Assembly (NCBI GenBank): GCA_965209035.1 | Contig: OZ242372.1 | Span: 416,001-480,000 of the forward strand | Direction: 5' to 3' | Length of the DNA stretch: 64,000 nucleotides | Source: Gammaproteobacteria bacterium | GTDB lineage: Bacteria; Pseudomonadota; Gammaproteobacteria; CBDBNL01; JAAOII01 | In this document: in pieces, positions 18,653 through 28,615 of the stretch | How positions within the stretch are numbered: the stretch's first letter is position 1 | How the letters are laid out: each line of letters begins with the position of its first letter | Made by a program: the position numbers and the translations under genes | Notes under the pieces: model-generated | Database searches by the model: none | What the model saw: the letters and a program-made list of their open reading frames with translations, nothing else | What the model was told of the DNA's origin: nothing

Positions 18653-20551
18653 ATGAACTATCAAGATATTTATCGCCGTTCTTTACAAGATCCGCTGTCT
18701 TTTTGGAAAGAGGCGGCCAAGGAATTGCATTGGCAAAAATTCCCTGAAAAAATACTGGACGCAAGTTCACCGCCTTTTTACAAATGGTATCCGGATGGCA
18801 AGATCAATATCTGTCAGAATGCCTTGGACCGCCATGCGGACGCAGGGCGCGGGAATGTCCCCGCCTTGATTTACGACAGCCCTGTGACAGATACCCAAGG
18901 CTCTTGGACATTTGCCGAACTGCGCGACGAGGTTGCTCTGTTGGCGGGTGTGCTTGCGGCAAACGGCGTCGGCAAGGGCGACCGGGTTGTCATCTACATG
19001 CCGATGATCCCCCAAGCGGTGATGGCGATGTTGGCATGTGCTCGGATCGGCGCCATTCATTCGGTTGTCTTTGGCGGCTTTGCCGCCGAGCAGTTGGCGC
19101 TTCGGCTGGATGACGCCAAAGCCAAACTGGTGCTTTCCGCCAGTTGCGGTATTGAGCCCGGTCGGATCGTCCGTTACAAACCTCTGCTGAACGAGGCGAT
19201 TTCTCTCTGCAAACACAAGCCCGAAAAGTGCCTTATATTTCAAAGACCGCAAGAACCGGCGGAACTGCATCCCGAGAGGGACCTGGATTGGTTGGCGGCT
19301 CTGAAAACAGCCACTCCCGCCGACTGCGCCGTCACCTCGGCGACAGACAATTTGTTTATTTTGTACACTTCCGGCACCACCGGGTTTCCCAAAGGTGTGG
19401 TGCATGACATAGGCGGCTATGCGGTTGCGCTTAAATGGACCATGTCCAACATCTATGGCGCCAAGCCGGGCGATGTTTACTGGACGGCTTCGGATGTCGG
19501 TTGGATTGTAGGCCATTCCTATATTGTTTATGCCCCGTTGCTGCAAGGCTGCACGACGGTCGTATACGAAGGCAAGCCGGTTGGCACACCCGATGCGGGC
19601 GCTTTTTGGCGAGTGCTTTCGCAGCACAAGGTTAAAACATTGTTCACCGCCCCAACCGCCCTGCGTGCAATCAAAAAAGAAGATCCCGAAGGCAACCTGG
19701 TTAAGAATTACGACCTGGGCAACTTTAAGTCCTTGTTTCTTGCCGGCGAGAGATGCGATCCGGATACCATCCGTTGGGCAAAAAATGCTCTCGGCGTGCC
19801 GGCGATTGATCACTGGTGGCAAACCGAAACCGGTTGGGCCATTACCGCCCTGCCGGCCGGATTGGATCCGGAACTGAAACAGTGGAAAGTTAAAGAAGGG
19901 TCCGCCGGCGTGCCTATGGTCGGTTATGATGTCCGGATTCTAAACAAGGAGGGGGACAGCCTGCCCGCCGATGCGCTCGGCGCGATTGCCGTGAAGTTAC
20001 CGCTGCCGCCCGGAACCTTTCCGGGTCTTTGGCAAAACGAGGAACGCTATTTGCAGCCTCTGCAAGTATTTGAAAACTATTACATGACCGGAGACGCCGG
20101 CTATACGGACAAAGGCGGATATGTGTATGTGATGAGTCGCACGGATGATATCATTAATGTTGCCGGACACCGTCTCTCCACGGGTCAAATGGAAGAGATT
20201 CTGACTTCGCACAGGGATGTCGCCGAGGCGGCTGTTTTTGGAGTGGCGGACGATATCAAGGGGCAGATCCCGCTCGGCCTTGTCATTAAGAACGCGGGTT
20301 CTCAGATCCGGGAAGACGAACTGACGACGGAACTTGTGCAGTTGGTGCGGGACAGGCTCGGACCTGTGGCCGCCTTCAAAGTCATTGGCGTTGTGCCTAG
20401 GTTACCCAAAACACGCTCCGGCAAAATTTTACGCGGGATTATGCGTAAACTGGCGAACGGAGAAGACTGGCAAGTACCCGCCACCATTGACGACCCCGCC
20501 ATACCGGAAGAAGTCCGGGGCGTGCTAAAAACACTCGGTTATCCGAAGTGA
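18653..20551 (+). CDS. prpE: Propionyl-CoA synthetase
   Basis: ILYTSGTTGFPKGV, AGERCDP, DHWWQTETG, VAGHRLSTG and LPKTRSGKILR. Confidence 0.9.
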   Translation: MNYQDIYRRSLQDPLSFWKEAAKELHWQKFPEKILDASSPPFYKWYPDGKINICQNALDRHADAGRGNVPALIYDSPVTDTQGSWTFAELRDEVALLAGVLAANGVGKGDRVVIYMPMIPQAVMAMLACARIGAIHSVVFGGFAAEQLALRLDDAKAKLVLSASCGIEPGRIVRYKPLLNEAISLCKHKPEKCLIFQRPQEPAELHPERDLDWLAALKTATPADCAVTSATDNLFILYTSGTTGFPKGVVHDIGGYAVALKWTMSNIYGAKPGDVYWTASDVGWIVGHSYIVYAPLLQGCTTVVYEGKPVGTPDAGAFWRVLSQHKVKTLFTAPTALRAIKKEDPEGNLVKNYDLGNFKSLFLAGERCDPDTIRWAKNALGVPAIDHWWQTETGWAITALPAGLDPELKQWKVKEGSAGVPMVGYDVRILNKEGDSLPADALGAIAVKLPLPPGTFPGLWQNEERYLQPLQVFENYYMTGDAGYTDKGGYVYVMSRTDDIINVAGHRLSTGQMEEILTSHRDVAEAAVFGVADDIKGQIPLGLVIKNAGSQIREDELTTELVQLVRDRLGPVAAFKVIGVVPRLPKTRSGKILRGIMRKLANGEDWQVPATIDDPAIPEEVRGVLKTLGYPK

Positions 20552-20638
20552 GCCGCGCACTCGCCGCGCACTCAATGAGTGCGGGAATGTTGTTTGCTGT
20601 TTGTTATTGTTCTTTTATTAAGCATTAAGAATTAAGCA

Positions 20639-21565
20639 TTAAGAAGCATCCCTTTTTATTTCGTCTTTCAATCCAACGGCTGCCAACAACTTTTTACGCT
20701 CGGCAACATTTAAAAGACGGGTAGTTCCGAATTTTAGATCCGCCGGTAAGAATACATTCGCATAACGGACACGAATCAGACGGCTCACCTTCACTCCCTG
20801 CGACTCCCATAAACGGCGAACCATTCGCTTGCGACCGGAACGCACGGTCACATAAAACCAACGATTGACCCCGCCCGATTGGCGTTTGGAAGGAACCAGG
20901 TCATCAAACTTTGCCATACCGTCTTCCAGCATGACACCTTGTCGGAGTTTCGCCTCCAAGCGTGCCAACACGGAGGGGCTTTGATTACCGGTCAGAACCC
21001 GCACCATATACTCTCTGTCTAACCGATACTTGGGATGCATCAATCGGTACGCCAATTCGCCGTTGTTCGTCCAAAGTAGCAAGCCTTCGCTATTGATATC
21101 CAGTCGTCCAACTTGAAGCCAGTGTTGGTCTTCCGGCAAGTCACGAAAAACACTGCGGCTGCCCGCCGAAGCGACAGAGGCACATATTTTGCCGGGCGGT
21201 TTATGATACATCAACACCCGAATATCCGAACCGACTTTTGGGGCCCGCCCGAACCCCGGGATGACGGGAGATTCGGCGGTCGGGGATTTCCATTCAAGTT
21301 TTGCGGTTTCCGGGATCCCGTGTCCCGCATAAGGGACTTCCCGGCCGTCGGCCAGAATACCGGTTTTTTCTATCATGGCCTCCGCCCAGCGACGCGACCG
21401 GCGCGTCCGCAAAGCAAGAAGTTTTGCAGCCGGGATAGTCGCCGTCTCTGTCTCATCCGAGCCGTGCCGGCGCTCCTTGCGCTCCTTGCCTTTCCCGGTT
21501 TCGGGGCTGCGGGCGGACGGGCGCGGGCTAATCTTTCTTTTTTTGTGTATCCGCTCTGTTGGCAT
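20639..21565 (-). CDS. rluB: 23S rRNA pseudouridine synthase B
   Basis: VGRLDINSEGLLL, LMHP..REYMVRV; position after scpAB. Confidence 0.88.
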   Translation of the reverse strand: MPTERIHKKRKISPRPSARSPETGKGKERKERRHGSDETETATIPAAKLLALRTRRSRRWAEAMIEKTGILADGREVPYAGHGIPETAKLEWKSPTAESPVIPGFGRAPKVGSDIRVLMYHKPPGKICASVASAGSRSVFRDLPEDQHWLQVGRLDINSEGLLLWTNNGELAYRLMHPKYRLDREYMVRVLTGNQSPSVLARLEAKLRQGVMLEDGMAKFDDLVPSKRQSGGVNRWFYVTVRSGRKRMVRRLWESQGVKVSRLIRVRYANVFLPADLKFGTTRLLNVAERKKLLAAVGLKDEIKRDAS

Positions 21566-22226
21566 CGGGTAAAGGAGGCAACTGACTTAGGTTTTTCAAA
21601 TTGAAACTGTCCAGAAATGTTTTTGTTGTCCCCCAAACAGCGGGACGGCCGGGGACCTGTTTGTGGCCGATGATTTTAATCCATTCGTGTTCTTGCAGAC
21701 TTCGCATGATATTAGCACTCAGGGTCAGGCCGCGCAGTTCTTCTATTTCCGCTTTGGTGACGGGTTGCTTATAAGCGATAATCGCCAGGGTCTCCATCAT
21801 GGCGGCACTGTATCTTGGCGGTGTGTCTTCCGCCATTCTGCGGACACGCGCCGCATAGGCGCCTTCTGTGTGAAACCGATAGCCGCTCGCCGTCTTCTTC
21901 AACACCAGGGCGCCGTGCGCGTATTTCTTTTCCAGTTCCCGCAACGCGACCTTAATGCCATCTGTTTGATATTTGTCCGCAAAGAGTTCGTTAATGCGAC
22001 TCACACTCATCGGTGCGCCAGCCGCCAGCAATGCGGAAAACAGGTCTTCGGCCAGTCCAAATAAAGGGGCGTCTCCCGGTGATGCTGTCTTCGCCATCTT
22101 GACTGACTTGACTTTCTTGCGTGCCTTGGTTGTGGCGGGGGCGGAGGATGGGGGCTTGGCCGGGGCTGCCTCTTTTTCTTCCTTAACTGTAACTGTCACT
22201 GTTTCTTTAATAACTTCTTTGTTCAT
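21528..22226 (-). CDS. scpB: SMC-Scp complex subunit ScpB
   Basis: ETLAIIAYKQPVTKAEIEELRG, PGRP..WGTT..FLD.FNL. Confidence 0.92.
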   Translation of the reverse strand: MNKEVIKETVTVTVKEEKEAAPAKPPSSAPATTKARKKVKSVKMAKTASPGDAPLFGLAEDLFSALLAAGAPMSVSRINELFADKYQTDGIKVALRELEKKYAHGALVLKKTASGYRFHTEGAYAARVRRMAEDTPPRYSAAMMETLAIIAYKQPVTKAEIEELRGLTLSANIMRSLQEHEWIKIIGHKQVPGRPAVWGTTKTFLDSFNLKNLSQLPPLPDANRADTQKKKD

Positions 22227-22233
22227 CTGTCAA

Positions 22234-23145
22234 TCATCGCGATCCGGTTTGGTTGGCAACAGATGCCGTCTCCGAAGATGGGTCGGCAGCCGAACACGCC
22301 CGAACATAAATGGGCGCATACAAGGCTTCCTGCCGAATGTCCGCCAGTCCTTCTTTAATCAGTTGCATAAGAGCGGTGAACGAAACCACCGCACCGGCTT
22401 TTTTTTCTTTCAGCGTCCAAAATGCGGCAAAAGGTACATACCCATCATTCGTATTCAGTTGGCCGGCAAGACTGAGTTTATCCAAAATCAGTGCCATCCT
22501 TTCGCGTGTGGAAAGTTCTTCCAAACGCACCTCATAGGGTCGTTTGACGCTCTTGCGTTTCAACACATTCGCCAAAGATTTTGCCAATTTGCGCGGATCC
22601 AAAACAGTTTTCGGCGCTTTCACCGGGGAAGGAGATTTTGAAAGTGCGACCGGCAGATACGGAACAAACAGATCCCGGTCCAGGCGCGGCATTTGGCTCA
22701 AACTCAAAGACGCCTGTTGAATTACCTCATATGCCCTAATTTTCTCCGCCAATAACTCGGCGGACATCGCACCCTCTTCGTCATCCGCAATATCCGCTAC
22801 CAACAAAGCGCGCGACTTAATCTCCACCAGAACCGAAGCCATCACCAGATACTCGGCGGCAAGATCCATCTTGAATTGTTTCATTAGGCGGATGTATTCC
22901 AGATATTGGTTTGCCACCTCGGCAATGTTCACCGCTTCAATGTCCATATTGCGTTTGCGAATTAAAAAAAGGAGAATATCCAGCGGCCCGCTAAACTCTT
23001 GCAGAAATATTTCAAGGGCATCCGGCGGGATAAACAGATTTTCCGGCAACGGAAACTTGCCTGTGCCCATCACATAGGTTGCATCCGCCGCCGCGGGCGG
23101 AGATTCCGGTTGTGCGGATTTCTTATCTTTATTGTTATTGTTCAC
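22234..23145 (-). CDS. scpA: Segregation/condensation kleisin ScpA
   Basis: IPPDALEIFLQEFSGPLDILLFLIR, AAEYLVMA..VEIKSR.LL. Confidence 0.92.
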   Translation of the reverse strand: MNNNNKDKKSAQPESPPAAADATYVMGTGKFPLPENLFIPPDALEIFLQEFSGPLDILLFLIRKRNMDIEAVNIAEVANQYLEYIRLMKQFKMDLAAEYLVMASVLVEIKSRALLVADIADDEEGAMSAELLAEKIRAYEVIQQASLSLSQMPRLDRDLFVPYLPVALSKSPSPVKAPKTVLDPRKLAKSLANVLKRKSVKRPYEVRLEELSTRERMALILDKLSLAGQLNTNDGYVPFAAFWTLKEKKAGAVVSFTALMQLIKEGLADIRQEALYAPIYVRACSAADPSSETASVANQTGSR

Positions 23146-23183
23146 AAATAAAAGCCCTCGAATTGCGGGTTCTCTTCTCGTTT

Positions 23184-23228
23184 ATTTAAGGGATTTAAGG
23201 GATTTAAGGGATTTAAGGACTTCAAGGG
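23184..23228. repeat. Nonamer tandem repeat (ATTTAAGGG)x~5
   Basis: Three perfect and two degenerate copies in the scpA/dsbD divergent intergenic region. Confidence 0.85.
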
Positions 23229-23276
23229 TTTTGCCGAGGCGGACGGGAATCGCAAATGTTCATATAATAACATCTT

Positions 23277-24995
23277 ATGCGGGTGTTACTTTCTTTTTTT
23301 CTCTTTTTCTCGCTCTCACTCGCCGCCGCGGAAAATGATTACGGCACCGACCCGGAAACATCTCTCGGCAAACCTTTCAAAGCGGACAAGGCATTTGTCC
23401 TCACCGGCGAGCAAATTGACGAGAACACCTATTTTCTGCGTTGGCAAATTGCGGACAACTATTATTTATACCAAAAAAAGTTTGCGGTGCGGGACAGTGA
23501 CATGCCCGTGTCTTTGGAGTTGAGTGACAATCATGTCCCCCACGCGGACATCTTTCTGGGCGAAGGAAATGTTTACTATCAGTTCACCGATGCCTATTTG
23601 AAGTTAACCCGGCCGCCGCAAAATCTCATCATCACTTACCAGGGGTGTTGGGAAGGCGGTATCTGTTATCCTGTGCAACACAAACGCCTCGTTGTCGGCA
23701 CGACGCTGTCTTTCGTGTCCGTGGAAGCCGAAGACCCGGACACACAGCCGGCTGACCGGGCATCGCCGGCGACACAAGGCTACAACTATTATGCCCAACA
23801 GATCCGGCGGGCGGCACCCGTCTGGGTCCTCCTACTCTTTTTTCTGGCGGGCATCGGTCTCACTTTCACGCCCTGTGTTCTGCCGATGCTCCCCATCGTC
23901 AGCGGCATCATCACCAATGACCCGGGGAATCGCCCTTCCCACAGAACCCGTTTGGCATTGGTTTATATGCTGAGTATGGCAAGCGTGTTTAGCGTCTTCG
24001 GGCTGCTCAGCGGCTGGATCGGTTACGGTCTGCGGCAGGCCATGGCATCTCCGCCCGTTCTCATCTTTTTGGCATTATTGATCTCTTTGCTCGGGGTTTC
24101 ACTCATTAAACCAACCGGTTTCATGCGCCTGCCCGGCTCCTTGGCTCTCACCCAAAAAGCGAACTCCGTTCTCAATATGACCGCCGGCACCTATACGGGA
24201 GCGGCCCTGTGGGGTGCCTTGTCGCCCTTGGTGGTCGGCACTTGTCTGTCGGCGCCCCTTGCCGCCGCGCTGATCTACTTGGCGGAACAAGGTAATCCGC
24301 TCTTCGGCGCCGCATCCTTGTTTTTTCTTGCGTTGGGTATGGGCATTCCTCTGCTTCTGTTCGCACTCGGTTTCGGTTATGTGATGCCCAAAAGCGGTCC
24401 CTGGCTGACAAAAATCAAAAGCCTGTTTGCCTTGCTTCTTTTCGCTTTGGCTGTCTTCATTCTTTCCCCGCTTCTCCCGACTGCGGTTGAAATTGCCCTG
24501 TATAGTTTCTTTGCCCTGACCGCGATCTGTATGTTTCTCTTGCCACTCAGACCAACCCTTGTCGCCGCCTGTTTTCTTGCTGCCTTAATGACGGGCTTTG
24601 GATATCACTTTTTCCCGAAGGGGGATCCTCTGTCAAAGTTTACCGAAGTCAGCGACTATGCAGTCTTCAAAGACAAACTGCAAGAATTCGGCAAAAGCGG
24701 CAAGCCGACTCTCGTTTACTACTCTGCCGAATGGTGCATCACTTGCAAAGAATTGGAATGGAATGTATTTGGCGGCAACGAGCAACTGGCGGAAGACCTC
24801 AATGCGATAAACTTACTCAAAGCGGATGTGACGAAAAACAATGCCGACAGCCGACAACTTCTGGCACACTTTGATGTCCTGGGGCCGCCGAGCATTTACT
24901 TCATAGACAAACAAGGTATGTACAGACCGGAAATGACTCTGGTCGGCAATTTCTCGCCCAAAACCCTCAAAACCCTTTTACAAGACTTGCAATAG
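23277..24995 (+). CDS. dsbD: Thiol:disulfide interchange protein DsbD
   Basis: YQGC..GICYP, FTPCVLPMLPI, transmembrane core and C-terminal WCITC thioredoxin domain. Confidence 0.93.
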   Translation: MRVLLSFFLFFSLSLAAAENDYGTDPETSLGKPFKADKAFVLTGEQIDENTYFLRWQIADNYYLYQKKFAVRDSDMPVSLELSDNHVPHADIFLGEGNVYYQFTDAYLKLTRPPQNLIITYQGCWEGGICYPVQHKRLVVGTTLSFVSVEAEDPDTQPADRASPATQGYNYYAQQIRRAAPVWVLLLFFLAGIGLTFTPCVLPMLPIVSGIITNDPGNRPSHRTRLALVYMLSMASVFSVFGLLSGWIGYGLRQAMASPPVLIFLALLISLLGVSLIKPTGFMRLPGSLALTQKANSVLNMTAGTYTGAALWGALSPLVVGTCLSAPLAAALIYLAEQGNPLFGAASLFFLALGMGIPLLLFALGFGYVMPKSGPWLTKIKSLFALLLFALAVFILSPLLPTAVEIALYSFFALTAICMFLLPLRPTLVAACFLAALMTGFGYHFFPKGDPLSKFTEVSDYAVFKDKLQEFGKSGKPTLVYYSAEWCITCKELEWNVFGGNEQLAEDLNAINLLKADVTKNNADSRQLLAHFDVLGPPSIYFIDKQGMYRPEMTLVGNFSPKTLKTLLQDLQ

Positions 24996-25147
24996 GTTGC
25001 TGTTTTTCTTTTAAGTTAAGTAAGATTAACATCATCCGCATCGGCGACCCGAACCGCTAAAACACCTAAAACACCCGAAACATCCAAAATACCGGAACTC
25101 TACTTTACCCCGCCTCAGCCCAGCCCCATCACCCACTCGCCACCAAA

Positions 25148-28100
25148 ATGACATCTGATTCGTTAACCATTTATCGGGCAAGATGCCTGCTAAAAAAAGA
25201 GCCGACAGCAAAAATTCTTTTGGTCGCGGATAACGCCCGCCAACTGCACGCATACGAACGGCTGCTGCGATTCTTTCTGCCACAGGACCCACAGGTCCCA
25301 CACCTCCCCGGAGAAAACTCCAAAAAAGTGATTGTCTTTCCGGATCACGAAACACTGCCATACGATGTTCTTTCACCGCCGCCCGGCATCATCTCGGCGC
25401 GTATCGGCGGCTTTTATCGCCTTCTCAACGATGACTATGACCTTTTGGCAGTCACCATAGACACCCTCATCCGGCGAACCGCACCCGTCTCCCATTTTAT
25501 TTCGTTGGGACTATCCGTCCGCAAGGGGATGGAAATTGCGCGTGAAACTTTTATTCGCCGCCTGGCGGAAAGCGGTTACGAACTCTGCGATCGGGTGCGA
25601 GTGGCGGGGCAATATGCGGTGCGCGGTTCTTTGTTGGATCTGTTTCCAAGCAGTGCCCTCTTTCCCTACCGCCTGGATTGGTTTGATAACAAAATAGAAT
25701 CTATTCGCAGTTTCTCGCCGCAGGACCAACGCAGTCTGGAAGACATTGACACGGTCAACCTGGGACCGCCGAACGAGTTCCCGCTAACCCCGGCAGCCAG
25801 ACAAACATTTGTGCATAACTGGCAGCAGCGCTTCAGCGGCGAAGCCAGGCGAACTCCTTTTTACAAGAAGTTCAAACTCGGCGGTCTGCCCGGCGGCGCC
25901 GAGTCTTATTTGCCTCTGTTTTTTGCCCCGCAAAAATGCCAAAGTTTGTTTGACTATATGGAAGGTTCGCCGAAAAAGAAGATCTTCTTATTAAACACCC
26001 CGGATACAAACAAACTGGCGCGGCAGTCCCGCGCTTACGCAACCGAAAGATATCGCGAACAACGCAAGTGCAACCCGGAGAGTATCTTGCCGGTGCAAGA
26101 ACTCTATCTAACCGATGCCGAATACCAAAACGCCATTGCAAACTACGCGCCGTTTCCATCGGCACGGAACGACCAGCCAAAATTGGCATCACCCGATTTG
26201 AAAGAAACAAACGACCGCGACACGACTGCTATGCGGGCGGAACAGCTCAAACACAGCATACGGGCGGGCGAGCGGATGCTCCTCACCCTGAACTCGCCCG
26301 AGAAGTTCGAACTCCTCAAAGAGGAATTAAAAACTCTCAACTATCGGCAGTTGGACGATTGGGATGCGTTTGAGGCGGGAAGCCATCCGCTCTGTTTGAT
26401 GCGCGCCGACATCATCGGCGGTCTTCGCAACCTCTCGGACAAATGGACCCTTCTCACGGAAAGCGACCTGTTTGCCGACGCGCCGGTCAATTACTCCGAC
26501 GAAGCAACGGAAAATGTGCATCATAAAAACTTGAATGCCCTAATTGATGATCTGACACAAATTCGCCCCGGCGACCTTCTCGTGCATCTGGACCATGGGG
26601 TGGGTGTGTTTCGGGAACTCAAGCCGCTGAACTCGGGCGGAGTGATGCAAGAGTTTTTATCTTTGGAATATGCGGACAATACCACCTTGTACATTCCCGC
26701 CAACAACCTTCATCTCATCCTGCGCTATACGGGCATAGACGGCAAGGACCGAGAACCGGACAAACTGGGCGGGGTCAAATGGCGGCGACAATCGGCCGCC
26801 GCTATGAAGCGGATAGCGGATACGGCCGCCGAGTTGTTGTCTCTTTATGCCGCAAGATCGGCGCGCCCGGGAATGCGGACCGCCAAACCGGACAAGGACT
26901 ATTTCAAGTTTGCCGCCGCCTTTCCTTACACGGAAACGCCGGATCAGAAGGCGGCCATAGAAAGTGTGATTAAAGATATGGAAAATGAAAAGAGTATGGA
27001 CCGGCTGGTTTGCGGCGATGTGGGATTTGGCAAAACCGAAGTTGCCATGCGGGCATCTTACCTGGCGGCCGCACTCGGATATCAAGTTGCCCTGCTCGTA
27101 CCGACCACTTTGTTGGCAAACCAGCATCTGGAAAGTTTCAAAAACAGGTTTGCGGAAACCGCGGTTAAAATAGCATCTCTGACAAGGTTCAGCGGCGGCC
27201 AAGCAAATACCCTGCGAGAAGATTTTGCCAACGGAAAATACGATATCGTCATAGGCACGCATGCCCTGCTCGGCGACCGTATCAAGTTTAAGAATTTGGG
27301 GTTATTAATCATTGACGAAGAACATCGCTTCGGTGTTCGGCAAAAAGAGAAAATCAAACAACTGCGTGTCAACCTGGATGTGCTGTCCTTAACCGCAACC
27401 CCCATACCGCGCACCCTGAACATGGCAATTTCCGGTCTGCGCGATATCTCGCTCATCGCCTCGCCGCCCAAAGACCGTCTGGCGGTAAAGACCTTTGTGG
27501 TGCCCTATAACGAAGAACTGCGTCGGGATGCCATTAAAAGAGAACTGAGACGCGGCGGTCAGGTTTACTATGTTTACAACCGCATTCCGCGCGTCAAAGA
27601 AACGGTTGCCGAATTGCAAAAAATCTTTCCGGATACGGTCTGTGCCGCCATTTACGGCGGCATGCCCAAAAAAGATATGGAAAGCATTATGAATCATTTC
27701 TACAACAACCGGATCGGCATACTGGTATGCACCACCATCATTGAAAACGGCATAGATGTCCCCAATGCCAACACGATGATCCTGGAACGGGCGGACAGGT
27801 TCGGACTGGCACAATTGCATCAGTTGCGCGGGCGAATTGGCAGAAGAGAGCATCAGGCATACGCTTACCTGATGACCGAAGGAATGCCAACGGCATCCGG
27901 CCGCGACCGATTAAATGCCCTGGCATCGGCACAGGAACTGGGGGTGGGTTTCACTCTTGCCGCCTATGATATGCGCATACGCGGTGTCGGCGACATTCTG
28001 AGCGCGGAGCAAAGCGGCGATGTTCAAAAGATTGGAATGGACCTTTACAGCAAACTCTTGGAAAGTGCCATCCGCAATATGCGACTCGGGAAAAATGTAG

Positions 28101-28615
28101 AACACGAAAATCTTTTACAAAGCACGGAAACGGGTGTCGATGTCGCTATCAGTGCCCTGCTGCCGGAAGACTATGTCCGCAGCCCTTACGAAAGGCTTAA
28201 TTTTTACCGCAGACTGGCGGATGCCACGGGCAGGGAAATGCAACAACTGCCGGAAGAATTGACCGACAGGTTTGGACCCTTGCCGGCCGAGACGGAAAAC
28301 CTCTTCGCTCTGCAAAAAATTAAAATGCGGGCAAAAAAACTGGAAGTCCGACACATCAAAATGAATCGCGGCGGCGGCTATCTGGAATTATCCCCCGGTT
28401 CGGCGGCGGCCGCAAGATGCGAAGAGACTCTGCGATCGCGGGCGGATATCGCGGATACCCCCTACGCATACGAAAATCACAGACTAAGAATACGCAAAGG
28501 ATTTACAACAGATGTCGAGTGTATTCGTCTTATTAAGGATGCACTGAGTGTTTTGGCGGATGCCCGGGAATCCGGAACATCCGCTTCGCCCAACCGGCGA
28601 CAGCTGCGCGCTTAG
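25148..28615 (+). CDS. mfd: Transcription-repair coupling factor
   Basis: ETLPYD, VHLDHGVG, CGDVGFGKTEVA, IDEEHRFG, TATPIPRT and QLRGRIGR. Confidence 0.96.
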   Translation: MTSDSLTIYRARCLLKKEPTAKILLVADNARQLHAYERLLRFFLPQDPQVPHLPGENSKKVIVFPDHETLPYDVLSPPPGIISARIGGFYRLLNDDYDLLAVTIDTLIRRTAPVSHFISLGLSVRKGMEIARETFIRRLAESGYELCDRVRVAGQYAVRGSLLDLFPSSALFPYRLDWFDNKIESIRSFSPQDQRSLEDIDTVNLGPPNEFPLTPAARQTFVHNWQQRFSGEARRTPFYKKFKLGGLPGGAESYLPLFFAPQKCQSLFDYMEGSPKKKIFLLNTPDTNKLARQSRAYATERYREQRKCNPESILPVQELYLTDAEYQNAIANYAPFPSARNDQPKLASPDLKETNDRDTTAMRAEQLKHSIRAGERMLLTLNSPEKFELLKEELKTLNYRQLDDWDAFEAGSHPLCLMRADIIGGLRNLSDKWTLLTESDLFADAPVNYSDEATENVHHKNLNALIDDLTQIRPGDLLVHLDHGVGVFRELKPLNSGGVMQEFLSLEYADNTTLYIPANNLHLILRYTGIDGKDREPDKLGGVKWRRQSAAAMKRIADTAAELLSLYAARSARPGMRTAKPDKDYFKFAAAFPYTETPDQKAAIESVIKDMENEKSMDRLVCGDVGFGKTEVAMRASYLAAALGYQVALLVPTTLLANQHLESFKNRFAETAVKIASLTRFSGGQANTLREDFANGKYDIVIGTHALLGDRIKFKNLGLLIIDEEHRFGVRQKEKIKQLRVNLDVLSLTATPIPRTLNMAISGLRDISLIASPPKDRLAVKTFVVPYNEELRRDAIKRELRRGGQVYYVYNRIPRVKETVAELQKIFPDTVCAAIYGGMPKKDMESIMNHFYNNRIGILVCTTIIENGIDVPNANTMILERADRFGLAQLHQLRGRIGRREHQAYAYLMTEGMPTASGRDRLNALASAQELGVGFTLAAYDMRIRGVGDILSAEQSGDVQKIGMDLYSKLLESAIRNMRLGKNVEHENLLQSTETGVDVAISALLPEDYVRSPYERLNFYRRLADATGREMQQLPEELTDRFGPLPAETENLFALQKIKMRAKKLEVRHIKMNRGGGYLELSPGSAAAARCEETLRSRADIADTPYAYENHRLRIRKGFTTDVECIRLIKDALSVLADARESGTSASPNRRQLRA

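Noticed and set aside
18767-19822. 351-aa minus-strand ORF
   Set aside because: Antisense shadow of prpE with no recognisable motifs.
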